From Synechococcus sp. (GTDB lineage: Bacteria; Cyanobacteriota; Cyanobacteriia; PCC-6307; Cyanobiaceae), in the NCBI GenBank assembly GCA_047285535.1, contig JBJBDC010000001.1:448136-512135 (forward strand): a stretch of 64,000 nt of DNA, written 5' to 3'. Below are positions 1 to 10,261 of the stretch, piece after piece. The translations under genes were made by a program, and so were the position numbers. Within the stretch, counting starts at the first letter, position 1, and each line of letters starts with the position of its first letter. A model generated the notes under the pieces. That model made no database searches. It was not told where the DNA came from and worked only from the letters and a program-made list of their open reading frames with translations.

Positions 1-243
1 TATATGAAATCGGTGGCGAATCTCTGCTTCTACCTTGGAACGCAACTATCAGCCGTTTTTGAATCACATAATCGAGTTGATGCCCGCGGTATTACCACCA
101 GCGAATGCAAGGGCTCTGGCCATCCGACTGATTGAGCCTTGGGAAGAGATGCCCAACAACAGAGGTAAGATTGGGGCCTCACCTTTTGTCTTCAACATCC
201 CTGTAGTCAGAGAGAACTGCAGCCTTAACGCCTCATTTATCCT

Positions 244-804
244 CTAATCTTTGATATCAGGACAGGCCCTCCGTGCTGCTGTGCAATTTACTTTCAGGTC
301 ATTGTGAAGGTCGACTCTTCCATTGCAGTGTTTATTCTGACCACTGGTCTGAGCCCACACTTTGACCCGCACATTGTTCTCTGGTCGGTATGGATATGAT
401 TCATGATTGCGGCAACATACTTCAGCATCAAGACGCTTTTTAAAGTCTTTCTTTGCGATTGTCCCGAAGCTGTAATCGTAATTTTTCATGCTGTTACATT
501 CACTCGGAAACTCGGGTGGATTGTCAGCTGAGGTATATGCATTGCGATGCGCCGCAAGGCATCGAATGATCGTAGCTTTTGCTCGTTGCCGGCACTTATT
601 GGCTTTGGCCTTGCCGCATGTTCCAGGTGCCGAAAATGGCTGGTCCTTTAAGTGACTTGCCATTTTCTTTGCATAATTTCCAGATACTGAACCCCCAGTG
701 GTTTCCCAATGGATCTTTGCGTCGCAATGTCTCGTGATCTTGCCTGCTATTGCTGGAGCAGCTATGGAAATAAAAATAGCAGTAGAAAGAATGATTCTTT
801 TCAT
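244..804 (-). CDS. Secreted cysteine-rich hypothetical protein (186 aa)
   Basis: Signal peptide MKRIILSTAIFISIAAPAIA; 10 Cys in the mature part; clean ORF. Confidence 0.75.
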   Translation of the reverse strand: MKRIILSTAIFISIAAPAIAGKITRHCDAKIHWETTGGSVSGNYAKKMASHLKDQPFSAPGTCGKAKANKCRQRAKATIIRCLAAHRNAYTSADNPPEFPSECNSMKNYDYSFGTIAKKDFKKRLDAEVCCRNHESYPYRPENNVRVKVWAQTSGQNKHCNGRVDLHNDLKVNCTAARRACPDIKD

Positions 805-2897
805 GAAAATCCTGGGTGTCGTGTCCTTTGGATTTGCGGCCTAGAAGCATTTAATGTCCCATTGATAAGCTGTGGTGTGGGACAAACTCATCAGTGGAAT
901 TAGCTCGTCAATCATTTTATTTAAGAACTGGAATAAGGAATCTGCCTGAGAACCTATCTGGCCTTACTTCATCATAGGGTTTTATTCACTCTTACATTTT
1001 GATAATCGAAAGCCGTGAGCTGAGCCCTTAGTACTGGATGAGTATTTTCTTAATCTTGGCTGAGGAGGATTGACTTTATTTGCTTTATTGCATTGTTTGA
1101 AAGTATGGATTTTGCTATGAAGTGGTTGGGAAGTGAGCGCATTATTTGTATTTTATGTTTAGCGTGTAGTATTTGGTAGAGAATTGTTGTTAGTATTTTT
1201 GTGTTTTAAGCTAGCGAAAAGCAACTTTGTCCCAGCCTCTTGCCTTATGTTTTGGCAAGTCGTAAGTTTTCCATAAACTTCTCGCCAGATACACTGTATC
1301 GATAGTGGCAATCTCGATAACGATTACTGGATGGTGACTAATCCAATGATGGGTCCAGCAAGCTTCTTCATTTCTGATCGATATTTTCCCTCTATTCAAC
1401 CAGTTGGCTTCACTCTTTACATCTCTCATTCAGGTGGTCTTCTCTGCGGCCCTATCCCCCAACCGGTGAGACCAACTCACTCGAAAGGTTGAGACACATG
1501 GCCCTTATGGATGAGCCCTGTTCCTTCAGCCCTACGTCTTCCAAACTCGGTATATCGCCCAAACCAACAAAGTTACCCAAAATGCGGCAACCCATAACAC
1601 AGTTGGACCAACTAAAGTTGTCGGCAGCATGTAGAACAGATCCCATAGGGGCCTCCTGCTGAAGGCTTGCCAAGCGATGTTTGGGATGACAGAGCATGCC
1701 CATGCAAGAGCTGCTGTGAAAATGGTTTGATGGTAATTGTTGTTTGCTCTTCCTCGTGAAACATTCGCCTCGGCATAGAGCTTGCCTGTGCCTGATGGTT
1801 TGAACCTGCCGTAGTTCTTGAGGCAAATTTCATCGTTTGCCCCAGTGATTCGGCAATATTCGCGACAGGCAGGTTCTTGCTAGGGCTCAACTCTTGGATC
1901 TTGAGTTTGTTTTTTTGCGCTTTGAGACCTGTCAGCTAATGGCTAGCACTCAAGTGCAGATTAGAAGTTCACTCTTTTTTTAGTTGATGTCATTTTCAAT
2001 TCGAGCTTTAACACCAGAAACTTCATCAAGATTCTTGAAGTTCTCTGCTTCTTGCTCGCAAGCATGATGGTAAAAACTACCACTGATGATAATCAATGGC
2101 TTGGATCGTTTTAAGATCAGGCTCGTGAATTGTTTTAGTTATGCTCCGTAATTACTATTTGTCAAGGAAACATTGCCTCAGCTATAGCTATACTCCCTAA
2201 TGGTTATTCGTCCATAGACGCTCGCACCCCATGGGTCGCTTTGTTGGTCTGCATTCACAGCAACCTGCTGGAAGAACGGTGTTTATCAGCTAGGACTTCT
2301 ATGCCTTTGGTCCTTGTGCCTGTTGCCATTGGTCGGCTGTCATGTCCGGCATTATTGCCATCCCTCTGCCTTCATCACTATTGAACCAGCGTTGGGCGGG
2401 CGTTGTTCTGCTCAGCAGGAGGAAGGCCGCCCTTCCTGGTGGAAAGACGGCCTAACTCGCTCGTTTATGCATGGCTCAACCCATCACGACAGATAAAGAT
2501 GAAAGGTCGAAGCTTCTGGCTAGAGGCGCCCTGGGGCCATGGCTCTAGGTGTTGGGTCGGTTTCTCCTAGGGCACCTAGGGCGGTGCAAGCGGAGCGTCG
2601 ATGGCGTGACGTATCTGATGTGTACCTACCAAGCGATCAACCCAGGTCATTGTTGAGACTGTTGGAGCAGGGGCCAGAAAGTCAGTCTGCTTCTGTGATC
2701 TGCGCTGGTGGAGTGTCGGCTGTCATCAGCTCCTCCGATCTCGTTGCTCATACTTTCCACCCTCAGCAGGGTTCTTGCCATCGGTCAAATCGCGCATTGC
2801 CTTCAATGGCAAAACCTCCAATAGTGGGAATGGTGTGCCCAGACTCTGTTGCAGGGCAGAACTGATGTGACTTCGACCCATTGCAACCGGATTGGCA

Positions 2898-3188
2898 ATG
2901 ATGCTTCTGGGGGCTTCGACCCTCTCCTTGGCAATGCCAATCGTGACCATCCGTGACTTCTACGACGGCGATACCTGTCGTACGACAACTAGATAGAAGA
3001 TCATGCTGGCGTGCATCGATAACCCAGAGCTCAGGGGCAGGAGTGCCGATCCGATACCAGTCCTGCCTGTCGCGCGTGATCATCTCCGAACCCTGGTCAT
3101 GGGTCGTCGTGTTGGCCTGCGCAGGATCACCAACGACAGCTATGGCCTAACTGTGGGAGAGCTGCCCATGGATTCAATGACTCAATAA
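2898..3188 (+). pseudogene. Thermonuclease (SNase-like) pseudogene
   Basis: Reads ...VTIRDFYDGDTCRTTTR*KIMLACIDNPELRG...RRITNDSYGLTVGEL; in-frame TAG at 2994-2996; truncated C-terminus. Confidence 0.75.
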
Positions 3189-3946
3189 TCTCTCACAATA
3201 ATGATTCTCACAACACATTTCTCAGCAGCTCTTGCCCTCGGGCCTTGGCTACTCGATCACCTTCTGGCCCTATTCCCCTTAGGACTCCCCCCCTACGCCA
3301 CCTCAAAACACAGGGCGCAGTGGCATGAAGGTTTCTCCAGTGAGATACATAATGAGTACATGATCTTTACAGCACTTTTTGCATCCGCGTTAGTTTTTGG
3401 ATACTCCGGCCAAGGGGCTTCGCCCGGCGTCCTGGTTGGTATCAAACCTGGGCGATGAAAGTGTAAGTGCAGCCAGATTGCAGTAAAGACTTTCTTTGCC
3501 GTTGTTTCGTCCATTGAAATACAGCAGCTACTGTCTGCGTTGATCATCAGTACAGCGGCGAAATATAGACCGTTGGAGAATCTGGCTGGAGACTGGATAA
3601 CGAATAGTCAAATTGCATCCGTGGTCTCTCACTACCCTGTTTGTGTAGGGGGAAAATAAATCTTGATCCTCAGGTTTGATCATTGAATCCTGATACTCAG
3701 CTTTGGCCTGTGGTTTTAGTTTCAGCAACAGTTGTTTTTTTGTTCGTGGCCTTATCTGCTTCAAGCACAGGCACTTTTGAATGTGTAGGAGCTTGCAAGT
3801 GCATGATTGAATGCCCTGGAACTTGCCTTTGTTGAAAGTTATATGTGCATAGTTCTGGGCTTTCTGACATCCTGTGAGCAAGCTCAAGGTTCCGACTCAA
3901 CTCGCTGAGTGGGCAGTTTCAGCATTACTGTTATTTAGTAGGAAAT

Positions 3947-3967
3947 AAAACCCCGCTCGTGGCGGGG
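3947..3967 (-). terminator. Rho-independent terminator of the porin gene
   Basis: CCCCGC/GCGGGG stem followed by a T tract on the minus strand, ~60 nt after the som stop. Confidence 0.75.
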
Positions 3968-4028
3968 GTGGTGATTTGTTGTTGATTCAGGGACGAGCGA
4001 CAAGCCTCGAATCAGTTTGATCGGAAAT

Positions 4029-5735
4029 TCAAAATTTAAAAGTAGTTTTGATCAGACCGCCAAAATTGCTGAAGGTGTCGTTTCTACTTTCGTTAAGAGC
4101 GTAAGAGAATTGTCCAAGAGGACGGCTGAGATAGTAAAGCGCAGGGGTGATAGAAATGTTGTCTGTAATTTGAAACATATACCACCATTCCCAGGCGTAG
4201 TTTCCGTCGCCGACCCAGAGGTCTGTCCCATCAGCTTCGATAGAAGTCACGAAAGTGGGTTGACCAACTGCCAGGCCAAGGGTATTGCCCTTCACGAAGG
4301 CATCAGCCCACTGAAGACCTAAATACCATGACTGAGAAGTCGTGGTGTTGTAGGAGGGAAAACGGTCTACATCCAGTTTGGTGGAGTTGAGCCCCCAGCC
4401 GGTGCTGACACTGGGTATCAAGCCGGACTTTTGAGGAGACCAGTATGCGCTCACACCAACAGAATTAGTGGTGCCAAGTTGTGAAAGGCTTGATGCAAAA
4501 GGGGTGCTGTTAGTTAAAGATAAGCTCATGCCATTATCGCCAGCTGCGTAGTTATACGCAGCTGCAATGCCCCACTGATCAGCCGTATAAGCCAGCTGAA
4601 TCGTTCCGCTAGATGCGGAACAGTCAGTGGCAATTCCTCCGCAATTGTCATCAACATCCTGCCCTAGGACATTGGTATTCTCAAGCCAATCATAGCCAGT
4701 AAAGTTATTCGTACTACTCTTGTTTGGATTCGAAACGTTACCGTTAGCGCTGACATAATTTGCGCTAATGCTCCAACCATTGTTCGACCAGCTCAAGCCT
4801 GCACCGGGACCAAGCGCCAGGTTGTAAGCACCCGGCGCGCCAGCGTAGGTAAAGAAATCAAGAACCGTATCTGCCGGATAGACACTGGGCCAAACAGCCA
4901 GCATGTCGTCTTGACGGACCAAACCACCAACGGTTGCAGTGAAATTGTTGCCAATGGGGAACTGGTACCACAAACGGTTCACAGCAACACTGTTAGCACC
5001 TGAAGGCTCTTGGAAGGTAGTCTCCAATGCTGTCAGGCCAGTGGCAACGATTGGGAGTATTCCTCTGAATGTATTGCCTCCGACTTCACCAGCACCTCCA
5101 AAGACAGATTGATCGAAGTTGCCGGCACGCAGCATGGTGCGGAGAAGATCCTTGCCGGTGAAGCTGGTGTCGAGGAAGAGACGAAGGTCGTAGTTGAAAA
5201 CTGTGCCTCCCCAGTTGCCGTTGTAGTTCTTGGTGGCTGCGCTTACGTTGCTCGAGGCTTTTGGAGCCCCAAGCACGAAGCTGGCTTGACCTTTCAGCTT
5301 GGTGGTGGTGGAGAACTGAGTGGCTTCCAGTTCACCAACGCGGGCTTCCAGTCCGTCCACACGGCCCTTGAGGATCGCGAGTTCCTTCTCGAACTCTTTC
5401 ATCAGACGCTTGAGCTCTTCGGTCACTTCAGTAACGCGATCGAGACAGGCATTCAACAGAGCCGCCGCTTCAAAGCGGGTCATCGCTCTGTTGCCGCGGT
5501 AGGTGCCGTTGGGGTATCCAGCGACGCAGCCGTAGCGCTCGATCAGGTTGCTCAGTGCCTGATAGGCCCAATCGGTGGGGTACACATCAGAAAACTGAGC
5601 GATGCTGGTGACTTGCTCACCAGTGGCGGTGTAGTCAGACACACCGTTGATGTTCAGCTCAGTGGCGTTGGCAGCCACAGGGGCCAGAAGGCCCAGTACC
5701 GCTGGAGCCACCAGCAGTTTGCGGAACAGTTTCAT
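4029..5735 (-). CDS. som: Som-type outer membrane porin (SLH domain + OprB-like barrel)
   Basis: Signal peptide, FSDVYPTDWAYQAL SLH motif, ATQFSTTTKL, C-terminal FKF. Confidence 0.95.
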   Translation of the reverse strand: MKLFRKLLVAPAVLGLLAPVAANATELNINGVSDYTATGEQVTSIAQFSDVYPTDWAYQALSNLIERYGCVAGYPNGTYRGNRAMTRFEAAALLNACLDRVTEVTEELKRLMKEFEKELAILKGRVDGLEARVGELEATQFSTTTKLKGQASFVLGAPKASSNVSAATKNYNGNWGGTVFNYDLRLFLDTSFTGKDLLRTMLRAGNFDQSVFGGAGEVGGNTFRGILPIVATGLTALETTFQEPSGANSVAVNRLWYQFPIGNNFTATVGGLVRQDDMLAVWPSVYPADTVLDFFTYAGAPGAYNLALGPGAGLSWSNNGWSISANYVSANGNVSNPNKSSTNNFTGYDWLENTNVLGQDVDDNCGGIATDCSASSGTIQLAYTADQWGIAAAYNYAAGDNGMSLSLTNSTPFASSLSQLGTTNSVGVSAYWSPQKSGLIPSVSTGWGLNSTKLDVDRFPSYNTTTSQSWYLGLQWADAFVKGNTLGLAVGQPTFVTSIEADGTDLWVGDGNYAWEWWYMFQITDNISITPALYYLSRPLGQFSYALNESRNDTFSNFGGLIKTTFKF

Positions 5736-5741
5736 TTTCGG

Positions 5742-5750
5742 TCCTCACAC
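5742..5750 (-). promoter_or_regulatory. Yfr1 sRNA seed site GTGTGAGGA over the som ribosome-binding region
   Basis: Complementary to the conserved Yfr1 motif ACUCCUCACAC; 6 nt upstream of the ATG; som mRNAs are known Yfr1 targets. Confidence 0.7.
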
Positions 5751-6090
5751 CAAAAACTTGCGTTACTCAGACGCACTGCTTCGATCCTCAACAGTGCCAA
5801 CGAACCATCCCGTTTACGCATCCTGCGTGCAATCGATTGGGGTCAGTTTCATCTTTGCCGGTTATTTCTCAAAATTAAAGACGAAGTTGATTGGTGCGTA
5901 GCGTTGCCAACCGATCTTTTGCAGGATGATCCTCATCTCGATGCCCTGGTGACACACCCTCTGTTTCTGTCTGAGGTCTTGCCCACTAGTCGTGAGTGGC
6001 GACAGGAGGTAACCATTCCGCATTGATCGTGCAGGGTGGGGGTATCGCGTCGGATTTGGATTAGCTGCTGTGTTGTTGCTGATCAACTCG

Positions 6091-6354
6091 TCAGCCCTCA
6101 CCCCCGGGCTTCTCTTTAGGCAGGGTTTGAATCAACGACTTAAGAATTCGATGTCTGTCTTTGTAGTAGGCCTCTATTAATAACCACCGAAGCGCAAAGC
6201 AAGCTCTAAGGCTCCATAACCAAATAGGAAAGTGCTTCCAAGCAGTGCTATCTCTTTTTTTGAGCTTGCCATAAAGATCAGGGTTGACTCCATCACCAAC
6301 GACCGAAAGAATCCAAAGGAAATCTGAAGGCTCAACGTTTCGAGATTTTTCCAT
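6091..6354 (-). CDS. Hypothetical protein (87 aa)
   Basis: ATG-started ORF with no recognised motif. Confidence 0.35.
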   Translation of the reverse strand: MEKSRNVEPSDFLWILSVVGDGVNPDLYGKLKKRDSTAWKHFPIWLWSLRACFALRWLLIEAYYKDRHRILKSLIQTLPKEKPGGEG

Positions 6355-6474
6355 TCACCTGTCCCAAGGACCTCTGTTTACGTAATTTCAGGAAACAGGC
6401 GTAACAGCAACTTTTGGGTCCTGGCGCTCTATTCCTTTATCTTCCCCAAACAAAAATAACTGCTGAAATTTATT

Positions 6475-6702
6475 TCACCCCTCTAGGTGTCCAGTCTGCG
6501 GTGCTCGCCATGAGGCTGCCCAGAGATTGCAGGTTTGGGTGAAGTGTTGCCCCTGCTGGAGAAGTTCCTGCCAGATGTTGCACGCCATCATGATGTGGCA
6601 CTGCTGATTCACGCCATCCCTGACTTGCTGGCAAGCCTCGAAACCACTTGAGCAAGGACAGTTTATGAGTTTCCTCTCGTCCCCATTGCTCCACTCCTCC
6701 AT
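6475..6702 (-). CDS. Small Cys/His-rich picocyanobacterial protein, degenerate paralog of 9003-9233
   Basis: Aligns end to end with 9003-9233 (MEEWS..ER.L.NC.CSS...LLQQGQH.T.TCNLWA); first Cys of the CxxC is lost. Confidence 0.65.
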   Translation of the reverse strand: MEEWSNGDERKLINCPCSSGFEACQQVRDGVNQQCHIMMACNIWQELLQQGQHFTQTCNLWAASWRAPQTGHLEG

Positions 6703-6796
6703 GGCTGCTGGTTAGTAGGCGTGTGTTGACACAAGAGGCGGCAGATGGTTCACCACCAACACAGAAATTGGCTACAGCAGCAGGTTTCTAGGACCC

Positions 6797-6988
6797 TGTG
6801 AGCAAGATCACAGACTTGGGTGATTGCATTAGCGAGTGTGGCTGTGAATTCAGAGAAGCCGATGGAGTCAGGGGCGGGCAGCACAGCCTTGCACTTCGAG
6901 CTTTTCCTCAGAAGATTCAAGTGGTTTGGCTCTAAACAAAGGGAGGAGCCAGCTCTCCTGTTTCGTTCACTTCAAGACACCGATCACC
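6797..6988 (+). repeat. Peptide-gene upstream element, copy 1 (CRP-type box + ~190-nt leader)
   Basis: Starts TGTGA-GCAAGA-TCACA (6797-6812); ends CACTTCAAGACACCGATCACC-ATG; aligns with copies 2-4. Confidence 0.9.
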
Positions 6989-7108
6989 ATGACGGAACAC
7001 ACGGCACAACTGATGGATGAATCTCAAAGGGATTCAGAGCTAATTGATCAAGAGATCTCTTTTCCAGTGCTTTGTGCAGTCTCTGCGGGGTTCAATGGAT
7101 ATCCATGA
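6989..7108 (+). CDS. Double-glycine-type leader peptide with a very short or truncated core (39 aa)
   Basis: MTEHTAQLMDESQRDSELIDQEISFPVLCAVSAG-FNGYP; leader paralogous to 9526 and 13453; likely decaying. Confidence 0.6.
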   Translation: MTEHTAQLMDESQRDSELIDQEISFPVLCAVSAGFNGYP

Positions 7109-7418
7109 AGAGAATTTCTGTATTAAGTATTGAATCGTTTAAAGCCGTTGATGGGTTAGAACATAAGAATGAAGTTATTGCCTAGTCACTACAAGCGATT
7201 GATTCCTCAAGAGGGCATTCAGGGTTGCTGGATGGTGAAATCAAACGGGAGTCCTTGAGTGAGGAATCAGTTGACTGGGTATGAGATTGTCGTACAGCTA
7301 CTGCTTAGGCTACTCCTATACCCATGCCACTGAAATAAGCAATCAAGACATTCATTGATATCAGTGAGTAACAACCCTGCTCCCAATTTGGTTTTATGAT
7401 TACCTCTTGCTGCCATGA

Positions 7419-7913
7419 TTAGGGGACGTCCCCTTCATTGTTGGATTCGTAATAGTCTTGGTGAGAGTTATCAGAAAAATGATGGCTTTTCTGGTATAAC
7501 GTGTATAGGTTTAGAAGATTAGATCTTCTCTCTTCGTGTTCGTTGCTAACCATCAGTTGATCATACTGAGTAATTACATTTTCGTCTAAACTTTCTTCTG
7601 CCCAGGTCATTAGACTCCAGTATTCGTCATACCCTCCTACAAGATCTTGCAGTTGGTCAATGTAGAAATCTGCTCGCTCTCCATCGACAGAATATTCAGA
7701 GCTTAGCTCTGAATATTCTGTCGATAACTCTCCAATCAGTTCGTTTTGTCGAAGCAGCTCTTTCTCTAATTGGTTGAACTCTTGCAGTATCTGTTCCCGT
7801 GAACCAGCCCATTCAATCTGAGTCTTATCGAAATTGATATGCTCAGCCTCGCTCCCGTTATAGAAGGCTTTGGGATTGATTGTAAGTCCGTTGTACCTAT
7901 CCATTGTTGTCAT
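7419..7913 (-). CDS. Acidic coiled-coil hypothetical protein
   Basis: 164-codon ORF; ATG overlaps an upstream TAA (TAATG). Confidence 0.55.
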   Translation of the reverse strand: MTTMDRYNGLTINPKAFYNGSEAEHINFDKTQIEWAGSREQILQEFNQLEKELLRQNELIGELSTEYSELSSEYSVDGERADFYIDQLQDLVGGYDEYWSLMTWAEESLDENVITQYDQLMVSNEHEERRSNLLNLYTLYQKSHHFSDNSHQDYYESNNEGDVP

Positions 7914-9002
7914 TAGCAAAGTTCGTTAGAATCGCTAAGATCCAAAAGTTTTCCTACTTTGGTTCGATAGTGTCTTAGGTGGTAGCCATTCAGCTAAGAG
8001 TTCTGACGCCCTTGATGCATAGAGTTGTCTGAAAGTAATCATACTCAATGACAATCTAGTGCTTTCAATAAACAGCTTGTAGACTAATGAATTAATTATT
8101 GGTGAGAAAGGCCTAATCGCATGCTCATTGACTCCTCACACTATGACTGAAGTGTGACATTAACGCGATGGCAATAATGAAGGAGTTGTCATTTTTATGT
8201 TGGTCATTATCATTAGATTCTGCATGGACATGCCGTATTTAAGGTTTAATTTGGTTTGTGTCCGCCAAGACGACCTGTCGCCGTTGTGGCGTAGTCTTAG
8301 AGGCATTGAAACTTCCAGTAGCAAAAGACTATCAATACTAAAGTCTTCGTCTGAAATTGAGTGTGTTGAATTCATTTTCTATCTGTTCTACAGGACACCT
8401 TTTTACTGCAGACTGATTTTGTGAAGCCTACCTTCCAAAACAACTAACGAGACTGCGTCCTTGCTAACGGCTGAAGGGATTTAACTTCTTACTTCTCCTG
8501 ATGTCCCAGGTCACAATGTTGATAGAGCAGCTGATGTTGCATCAGTTTCCCTGCTCGCAGAGGTATCGCCTCCCAAGCTCCCTTTGAACCAGTAATTAGC
8601 CTTCGGTAGCTTCGTTCTATCGATTTGGTGATTCGTGCTCTCGCTTCAGGTGAGCATCAGGCCAGCAATGGGACCGAGTTCATGTTGAACTACGAGTACG
8701 CTTATCGATCTCTAAGTCATCCGATTCTGATGCAGCTATGTTTGCTGTATCGAGAAAATGAACAGCCTAAAAAAATTTGTCAACGGCAGCAATTCTTAGC
8801 GCGCTCCAACTGAAAGGAGGGAAAAGTCAATCAACCTGGTGGCTAAGGATTGGCTGACCACCGCGAGCGTGCTTTACAAAGCGTCATCATGGCGATAAAA
8901 TAAACAAACGATTTTGAACACGGGATCGTGAACTCCTCTGGGAAGAGGTTCTCATCACATCAGAAGGTCTCTGTGGAAGGAGATCTTTTTTTATGCCTTG
9001 GC

Positions 9003-9233
9003 TCAACCCATTTCGGGTGCCCAGCCTGCGGTGCTTTGCCATGTGGGTGCCCAGAGATTGCAGGTTTTGGTGAGGTGTTGACCCTGCTGGAGAAGTTGCT
9101 GCCTGATGTTGCACCCCACCAGGGTATGGCAATGCTTGTCCACGCCATGCCTGAAGTGCTGGCAAGCCACGCAAACACTCGAGCAACGGCAGTTTTTGAG
9201 TTCCCTCTCGTCCACATAGCTCCACTCCTCCAT
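9003..9233 (-). CDS. Small Cys/His-rich picocyanobacterial hypothetical protein (76 aa, 7 Cys, CVAC)
   Basis: Intact paralog; ends WAPEMG; LexA box directly upstream. Confidence 0.8.
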   Translation of the reverse strand: MEEWSYVDERELKNCRCSSVCVACQHFRHGVDKHCHTLVGCNIRQQLLQQGQHLTKTCNLWAPTWQSTAGWAPEMG

Positions 9234-9245
9234 GATCAGCTCTCA

Positions 9246-9259
9246 AGTACAGATGTACT
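9246..9259. promoter_or_regulatory. Cyanobacterial LexA (SOS) box
   Basis: AGTACAGATGTACT matches the AGTAC-WNW-TGTACT consensus; 12 nt upstream of the 9233 start. Confidence 0.75.
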
Positions 9260-9334
9260 AGCTCGGGAGAGGGCTGGTCGTCAACAAGAACAGCTGAAGC
9301 TGTCCACCATCGCTTAGTTGGTTGCATTGGACTC

Positions 9335-9525
9335 TGTAAGCAAGATCACAGACCTGGGTGATGGCCATCAGCGAGCGAGGCGGTGAGTTCAGAGAAGCTG
9401 AAGGAGTCAGGGGGGCAGCCCAGCGCTGAACTCTCAGCTCTTCCTCAGAAGATTCAAGCGATTTGGATCTACAAAAAGGGAGGAGCCATCCCTTCTGGTT
9501 CGTTCACTTCAAGACACCGATCACC
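9335..9525 (+). repeat. Peptide-gene upstream element, copy 2
   Basis: TGTAA-GCAAGA-TCACA at 9335-9350; colinear with copy 1 up to the ATG. Confidence 0.9.
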
Positions 9526-9720
9526 ATGACTGACATCAACTCAAAAGCGATGGATGAATCACCCGTGGATTCAGAACAGATGGATCAGGAAATCAAGCCG
9601 GAAGACCTGCATGCGATCTCTGGTGGCTGGGGAAGGAGTTGCTATTACAGCTACAGCAACAACCGTTCTGCTAGCTACACCGCTGCATCAAGTGATGACG
9701 GTAGAAACGGTAGAAACTGA
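9526..9720 (+). CDS. Double-glycine leader precursor peptide, Ser/Tyr-rich core (64 aa)
   Basis: ...DQEIKPEDLHAISGG-WGRSCYYSYSNNRSASYTAASSDDGRNGRN; followed by a hairpin. Confidence 0.85.
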   Translation: MTDINSKAMDESPVDSEQMDQEIKPEDLHAISGGWGRSCYYSYSNNRSASYTAASSDDGRNGRN

Positions 9721-9740
9721 CATCTCTGAGTGACCTGACC

Positions 9741-9762
9741 ACCCCGCTACGAGCGGGGTTGT
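9741..9762 (+). terminator. Terminator hairpin after the peptide gene
   Basis: ACCCCGC-TACGA-GCGGGGT followed by TGTT. Confidence 0.6.
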
Positions 9763-9829
9763 TGATTAAAGCCACTGAGCTCCAACAGATTGTGCTGGCC
9801 AAGTAATCAATACCTTCACGATGCTTAGT

Positions 9830-10261
9830 TTAAAAAGGGATCACGATGGACCATCTATTACGTCTGAACCACCAACGATTGCTGCTCACCTCCCGCTTTG
9901 GAACACTTCCAGAGTTGAATCCGTTCGGATCATCAGCTTGGGGGCTAATTTTCGTCGCTCCGTCCAATGGAATCTCGTACCCCACGTAATGGTCACCTTC
10001 TTTCTGACATGACCTCGAAGGATATTGCGAATACGTCGTCCATATGCCAGTTCTCTTCACGGTGTAATTTTCAGCTGATGATGCCCATTGTTGACAAGCC
10101 CTATACGCAGCTTCTGGAGACTCATAGCGGTTCAAACCCTGGACAAAACCGATAAGATTCGGGATTTGGGTAATGACAAGAGCGGCGAGAAGTAACTGGG
10201 TGATTTGAATAGATCTCATCAGCAATATGCAGTCATTAGAAATGGGAGTTACTAAATCCAT
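9830..10261 (-). CDS. Hypothetical membrane-anchored or secreted protein
   Basis: Hydrophobic N-terminal segment; Cys pair; start probably at MRSIQ. Confidence 0.6.
   Translation of the reverse strand: MDLVTPISNDCILLMRSIQITQLLLAALVITQIPNLIGFVQGLNRYESPEAAYRACQQWASSAENYTVKRTGIWTTYSQYPSRSCQKEGDHYVGYEIPLDGATKISPQADDPNGFNSGSVPKREVSSNRWWFRRNRWSIVIPF

Noticed and set aside
1211..1890. Minus-strand ORF fragments as a named pseudogene
   Set aside because: They look like a decayed gene but I could not recognise a family.
5010..6026. 338-aa plus-strand ORF
   Set aside because: Antisense shadow of the som porin with no protein-like motifs.
8131..8141. A Yfr1 gene copy on the plus strand
   Set aside because: The motif is present, but the terminator hairpin and the usual guaB-trxA context are not; better read as a minus-strand RBS or target site.
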